DNA of 9,500 nucleotides from a virus (Duplodnaviria; Heunggongvirae; Uroviricota; Caudoviricetes): IMG/VR virus record IMGVR_UViG_2585427755_000002, positions 1 to 9,500 of that record; one strand, 5' to 3'. Shown piece by piece: positions 5,871 to 9,500 of this stretch (position 1 is its first letter; each line of letters starts with the position of its first letter). The notes under the pieces were generated by a model. It saw only the letters and a program-made list of their open reading frames with translations, ran no database searches and was not told where the DNA came from. The position numbers and the translations under genes were made by a program.

Positions 5871-5891
5871 GATATGATGAGGAGCAGCAAA

Positions 5892-6254
5892 ATGGCTAGC
5901 GAACGCAGTACTGATGTGCAGGCATTTATCGGGGAGCTGGACGGCGGCGTATTTGAAACCAAAATCGGCGCAGTTCTCAGTGAAGTCGCTTCCGGTGTGA
6001 TGAACACGAAAACCAAAGGTAAGGTCTCACTCAACCTGGAAATCGAACCATTTGATGAGAACCGTGTGAAAATCAAACACAAACTCTCATATGTTCGCCC
6101 GACTAACCGCGGGAAAATTTCCGAAGAAGACACCACCGAAACGCCGATGTATGTCAATCGCGGTGGTCGCCTGACTATTCTGCAGGAAGACCAGGGACAG
6201 TTACTGACTCTTGCCGGTGAACCTGACGGAAAACTCCGCGCAGCAGGTCGTTAA
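5892..6254 (+). CDS. yfdP: YfdP-like hypothetical phage protein (120 aa)
   Basis: ATG at 5892 is preceded by GAGGAG (5879-5884). The longer track ORF from 5574 is a non-coding-looking extension. Length (120 aa) and position match my recollection of CPS-53 yfdP; identity is unverified. Confidence 0.75.
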   Translation: MASERSTDVQAFIGELDGGVFETKIGAVLSEVASGVMNTKTKGKVSLNLEIEPFDENRVKIKHKLSYVRPTNRGKISEEDTTETPMYVNRGGRLTILQEDQGQLLTLAGEPDGKLRAAGR

Positions 6255-6319
6255 TATCGTTTTTAATTAACCGATTATTTATCTCATCACTGAATATCTT
6301 TATATAGTGAGGACTTATT

Positions 6320-7144
6320 ATGTCTCAGAACTTAGACGCAACCGCAATTAATCAAATCCATGCCCTTATTTCTGCTCAGGGTGTTAATGAAATTATCAGT
6401 AAGATTGGTGCCGATGCTGTGGCATTGCCTGAGAATTTCCGCATTCATGATCTGGAAAAATTTAATTTAAATCGCTTCCGTTTCCGTTGTGCGCTTTCCA
6501 CTTCCAGCATCGAGGACTTTACCCGTTATTCTAAAGATCTTGCAGATGAAGGCACCCGCTGCTTTATCGATGCCGATAATATGCGAGCCGTCAGTGTGCT
6601 TAACCTGGGTACTATTGATGAACCAGGTCACGCAGATAACACCGCCACTCTCAAACTGAAAAAGACAGCACCGTTCTCTGCTCTGTTGTCTGTTAATGGC
6701 GAGCGTAACTCCCAAAAGTCACTGGCAGAATGGATTGAAGACTGGGCCGACTACCTTGTGGGCTTTGATGCTAATGGTGACGCCATTCAGGCAACCAAAG
6801 CGGCTGCGGCGATCCGTAAAATCACAATTGAAGCGAACCAGACCGCTGATTTTGAAGACAATGACTTCAGCGGCAAACGCTCCCTGATGGAGTCTGTCGA
6901 AGCGAAGACCAAAGACATTATGCCAGTGGCATTTGAATTTAAATGCGTTCCGTTTGAAGGCCTGAAAGAACGTCCGTTTAAATTACGCCTCAGCATTATC
7001 ACTGGCGATCGTCCTGTACTGGTTCTGCGCATTATTCAGCTGGAAGCGGTGCAGGAAGAAATGGCTAACGAATTTCGTGATCTGCTTGTTGAGAAATTTA
7101 AAGACAGCAAAGTAGAAACCTTTATTGGTACTTTCACCGCCTGA
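6320..7144 (+). CDS. yfdQ: YfdQ-like phage protein (274 aa; DUF2303-type as I recall), function unknown
   Basis: Clean 274-aa ORF with GAGGA 7 nt before the ATG. Length and gene order match yfdQ of CPS-53 as I recall it. Confidence 0.8.
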   Translation: MSQNLDATAINQIHALISAQGVNEIISKIGADAVALPENFRIHDLEKFNLNRFRFRCALSTSSIEDFTRYSKDLADEGTRCFIDADNMRAVSVLNLGTIDEPGHADNTATLKLKKTAPFSALLSVNGERNSQKSLAEWIEDWADYLVGFDANGDAIQATKAAAAIRKITIEANQTADFEDNDFSGKRSLMESVEAKTKDIMPVAFEFKCVPFEGLKERPFKLRLSIITGDRPVLVLRIIQLEAVQEEMANEFRDLLVEKFKDSKVETFIGTFTA

Positions 7145-7156
7145 TTTCATTACTGC

Positions 7157-7178
7157 AAATGCCCCTGCGGGGGCATTT
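7157..7178 (+). terminator. Hairpin AAATGCCCC-TGCG-GGGGCATTT between yfdQ and the HD-domain gene (possible terminator or attenuator)
   Basis: A 9-bp perfect palindrome with a 4-nt loop, 13 nt after the yfdQ stop. The U-tract is short and lies within the stem arm (TTTAT), so termination efficiency is uncertain. Confidence 0.4.
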
Positions 7179-7271
7179 ATGGAAACATAATTTACTCAAT
7201 AATCGCCGGATGGTGAGGGCTTCCTTTTACCAGAATTCAGCGCGGTGCAGCGCATATACGTGGAGAACAAA

Positions 7272-7808
7272 ATGTCATTTATTAAAACTTTTTCCGGGAA
7301 GCATTTTTATTATGACAAGATAAATAAAGACGACATCGTTATTAACGATATCGCGGTTTCCCTTTCAAATATCTGTCGCTTTGCAGGACATCTTTCACAC
7401 TTCTACAGTGTCGCCCAGCATGCGGTGCTTTGCAGCCAGCTGGTGCCGCAGGAATTTGCTTTTGAAGCGTTAATGCATGATGCAACAGAAGCGTATTGCC
7501 AGGATATTCCCGCTCCACTGAAACGCCTTCTTCCTGACTATAAACGGATGGAAGAAAAAATAGACGCCGTAATCCGTGAGAAATACGGGTTACCCCCGGT
7601 TATGAGTACACCCGTGAAATATGCCGATCTCATCATGCTGGCAACCGAACGCCGCGATCTCGGGCTTGATGATGGCTCTTTCTGGCCTGTACTAGAAGGC
7701 ATCCCGGCAACAGAGATGTTCAACGTGATTCCACTGGCACCGGGCCATGCCTACGGGATGTTTATGGCACGCTTCAACGAGTTATCGGAATTACGCAAAT
7801 GTGCATAA
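7272..7808 (+). CDS. yfdR: HD-domain phosphohydrolase (YfdR-like 5'-deoxynucleotidase family)
   Basis: H...HD metal-binding signature (SVAQHAVLCSQL ... EALMHDATEAY). ATG at 7272 (MSFIKTFSGK...) with GGAG 8 nt upstream gives 178 aa, matching K-12 YfdR length as I recall. The track's GTG at 7245 is an upstream extension. Confidence 0.85.
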   Translation: MSFIKTFSGKHFYYDKINKDDIVINDIAVSLSNICRFAGHLSHFYSVAQHAVLCSQLVPQEFAFEALMHDATEAYCQDIPAPLKRLLPDYKRMEEKIDAVIREKYGLPPVMSTPVKYADLIMLATERRDLGLDDGSFWPVLEGIPATEMFNVIPLAPGHAYGMFMARFNELSELRKCA

Positions 7809-8677
7809 CTCATGTAGTTAGTTTTTCTGGCGGGAGAACATCTGCATATCTTGTTCACCTGATGGAAGAACAAAGAAAGGCTGGTAATAACGTCTGCTAC
7901 ATCTTTATGGATACCGGTTGCGAACATCCGCTGACATACCGCTTTATTCGGGAGGTTGTGAAGTTCTGGGGCATACCGCTAACTGTGTTGCAGGTCGATA
8001 TAAATCCAGAGCTTGGGCAGCCAAATGGTTATACGGAATGGGAACCAAAGGATATTCAGACGCGAATGCCGGTGCTTAAACCGTTTATGGACATGGTAAA
8101 AAAATATGGCACGCCATACATCGGCGGCGCGTTCTGCACTGACAGATTAAAACTCACCCCCTTCACAAAATACTGCGATGACCATTTCGGACGAGGGAAT
8201 TACATCACATGGCTGGGTATTCGTGCAGACGAACCTCGTAGGCTGAAACCGAAATCAGGCGTCCGGTATCTTGCCGAGCTATCTGATTTTGATAAGTCGG
8301 ATGTTATCCGGTGGTGGCATAAACAACCTTTTGATTTGCAAATCCCGGAGCACCTCGGGAACTGTGTTTTCTGCATCAAAAAGTCCACGCAAAAGCTGGG
8401 GCTTGCATGTAAAGACGAACCTGGTCTGATGAGAGTTTTTAATGAGCTGGTTACAGGTAAACACGTCCGGGATGGTCACCGAAAGACAGATAAAGACGTT
8501 ATGTACCGTGGTCATCTGAGTCTTGACGGGATTGCCAGAATGTATGCCGACAGCGACTACAGAAATTTGTATCAGGCGATGGTGCAAGCCAGGCGATTCG
8601 ATACCGGCTCGTGTTCAGAGTCATGTGAAATCTGGGGTGATCAATTGGAGTTGAAATTCGAAGAGGTGGTGGCATGA
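7799..8677 (+). CDS. PP-loop ATP pyrophosphatase, PAPS-reductase-like family protein (292 aa)
   Basis: N-terminal PP-loop motif VSFSGGRTSAYL (SGGxxS) and C-terminal Cys clusters (GNCVFCIKKS; GSCSESCEIW). The start overlaps the HD gene end by 10 nt and the stop overlaps the next ATG as ATGA, indicating a coupled operon. Confidence 0.85.
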   Translation: MCITHVVSFSGGRTSAYLVHLMEEQRKAGNNVCYIFMDTGCEHPLTYRFIREVVKFWGIPLTVLQVDINPELGQPNGYTEWEPKDIQTRMPVLKPFMDMVKKYGTPYIGGAFCTDRLKLTPFTKYCDDHFGRGNYITWLGIRADEPRRLKPKSGVRYLAELSDFDKSDVIRWWHKQPFDLQIPEHLGNCVFCIKKSTQKLGLACKDEPGLMRVFNELVTGKHVRDGHRKTDKDVMYRGHLSLDGIARMYADSDYRNLYQAMVQARRFDTGSCSESCEIWGDQLELKFEEVVA

Positions 8678-9006
8678 CAACCAAAATTAACTATCAGGCA
8701 CTGCGTGAGGCGGCAGAAGCAATAAAAATAGTAGCCACACCACAAAAATTGCTGGCATTTCGTATGAAAGTCACACCGCAGGTTGTGCTGGCGCTGCTGG
8801 ATGAACTAGAAGCTAAAAACAAACGCATTACAGAACTGGAAGCGAGGGAAGTTCAATTACCGACTCGCTACGACCTTCGATATGGGCACCCAATAAATGC
8901 TGATAAGCGACATGTCATGATACCTAAAGAAAATGGCAGTTGGCTTTGCCTGATTGACTTAGAACACGCACTACGCGTCGCTGGCATTCGCATCAAAGGA
9001 GAGTGA
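8674..9006 (+). CDS. Hypothetical phage protein (110 aa)
   Basis: ATG at 8674 is preceded by GAGGTGGTGG and overlaps the upstream stop. The sequence is protein-like with a central predicted helix (ALLDELEAKNKRITELEAREV). No family recognised. Confidence 0.65.
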   Translation: MTTKINYQALREAAEAIKIVATPQKLLAFRMKVTPQVVLALLDELEAKNKRITELEAREVQLPTRYDLRYGHPINADKRHVMIPKENGSWLCLIDLEHALRVAGIRIKGE

Positions 9007-9007
9007 T

Positions 9008-9226
9008 GTGCCGACATTATTCAGAAAAGAATATCCGCGAAAGAGTAGAACGACAGAATTCCTGTTTCTCATTCTGTTTATCGTGTTGATGATACCGATA
9101 TCCCCGCTAATTTTTGTCTGGGCAATCGGGAAAATAATTGAGCCAGTTATTGAATTGTATAACGACGTGGTATGGGCGTCGTTCAACACACTGCACAATA
9201 AAATTAATCCGTATAAGGAAAACTGA
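9008..9226 (+). CDS. Small predicted membrane protein (72 aa, GTG start)
   Basis: AAGGAG (8996-9001) lies 6 nt before GTG at 9008. One strongly hydrophobic segment (FLFLILFIVLMIPISPLIFVWAIG) suggests a single transmembrane helix. Confidence 0.5.
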   Translation: MPTLFRKEYPRKSRTTEFLFLILFIVLMIPISPLIFVWAIGKIIEPVIELYNDVVWASFNTLHNKINPYKEN

Positions 9227-9227
9227 T

Positions 9228-9491
9228 ATGGCAACTTTGACAAAAAAAGAACAGGCATGGTTGAACGAATTACAGGACGTTATTGATCGCTGTCCATCAC
9301 CGAAAAAAATTGGTTTTTACACCATTGGCGATAAAAATATTTACCTGTATGACCTACGCCGCATGGATGAAATCATGGAGGCTCTTGATAATCGTTCGTC
9401 AATGGATTGGTGTGTTGCTGTCCATGATATGAATGCCGGATTTGATGAAAAGATTTTGTTCCCCTCGTCAGTTGAAAGCACTGCGGGTTAA
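9228..9491 (+). CDS. Hypothetical protein (87 aa from ATG 9228)
   Basis: An internal ATG (MATLTKKEQAWLNELQDV...) is preceded by AAGGAAAA and starts 2 nt after the previous stop. The track's longer 117-aa version would overlap the preceding gene. Confidence 0.55.
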   Translation: MATLTKKEQAWLNELQDVIDRCPSPKKIGFYTIGDKNIYLYDLRRMDEIMEALDNRSSMDWCVAVHDMNAGFDEKILFPSSVESTAG

Positions 9492-9500
9492 GGAGTAACA

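Larger units (their letters stand above)
1..9500. mobile_element. Lambdoid prophage segment (immunity switch, replication module, early accessory genes)
   Basis: Divergent cI/cro pair with operator repeats, replication initiator with iterons, Dam methylase, rusA and yfdP/Q/R-like genes in lambdoid gene order. No integrase or att site lies in the window, so the element boundaries are not visible. Confidence 0.85.

Noticed and set aside
5574-5891. N-terminal 106-codon extension of the yfdP ORF and other long frames across the GC-rich island (5444..5686 -, 5567..5794 +, 5595..5819 -)
   Set aside because: Every frame is Arg/Cys/Pro-rich and not protein-like. The real yfdP start at 5892 has a GAGGAG Shine-Dalgarno. 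The region is better explained as non-coding structured DNA or RNA.
6467-7032. Minus-strand ORFs inside yfdQ (6467..6715, 6787..7032) and the plus-strand 6696..6887 frame
   Set aside because: They are fully nested in or antisense to the 274-aa gene, with no ribosome-binding site and biased composition.
7538-8684. Minus-strand ORFs antisense to the HD and PP-loop genes (7538..7723, 8200..8388, 8279..8587, 8499..8684)
   Set aside because: Antisense to genes with clear enzymatic motifs. Likely spurious.
1-9500. CRISPR arrays, insertion sequences, integrase or att sites
   Set aside because: No regularly spaced direct repeats with unique spacers were seen (the only tandem array is the iteron set), and no transposase, terminal inverted repeats or integrase-like ORF. 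Prophage boundaries presumably lie outside the window.

Overview
This window reads as the immunity and early-gene core of a lambdoid prophage of the Escherichia/Salmonella type; from memory it resembles a complete version of the CPS-53/KpLE1 region (yfdM-yfdT), but no database search was run. The minus strand carries a translationally coupled early-right operon: cro-like, CII-like (YdaT-type), an unresolved small ORF pair, a replication initiator with internal iterons, a PerC-like regulator, a Dam-family N6-adenine methyltransferase, a LexA DNA-binding-domain-only protein, and rusA running off the left edge. The plus strand carries a CI-type repressor (HTH plus S24 peptidase), an intrinsic terminator, two OL-like operator copies, two small convergent ORFs, a GC-rich non-coding structured island, and then an accessory cassette: yfdP-like, yfdQ-like, an HD-domain phosphohydrolase, a PP-loop PAPS-reductase-like protein and three small ORFs. 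The best candidates for undescribed biology are that HD/PP-loop cassette, a perfect SOS box inside cI paired with a phage-encoded LexA-domain paralog, and the structured GC-rich island upstream of yfdP. All homology calls are from reading the translations and recalling protein families.
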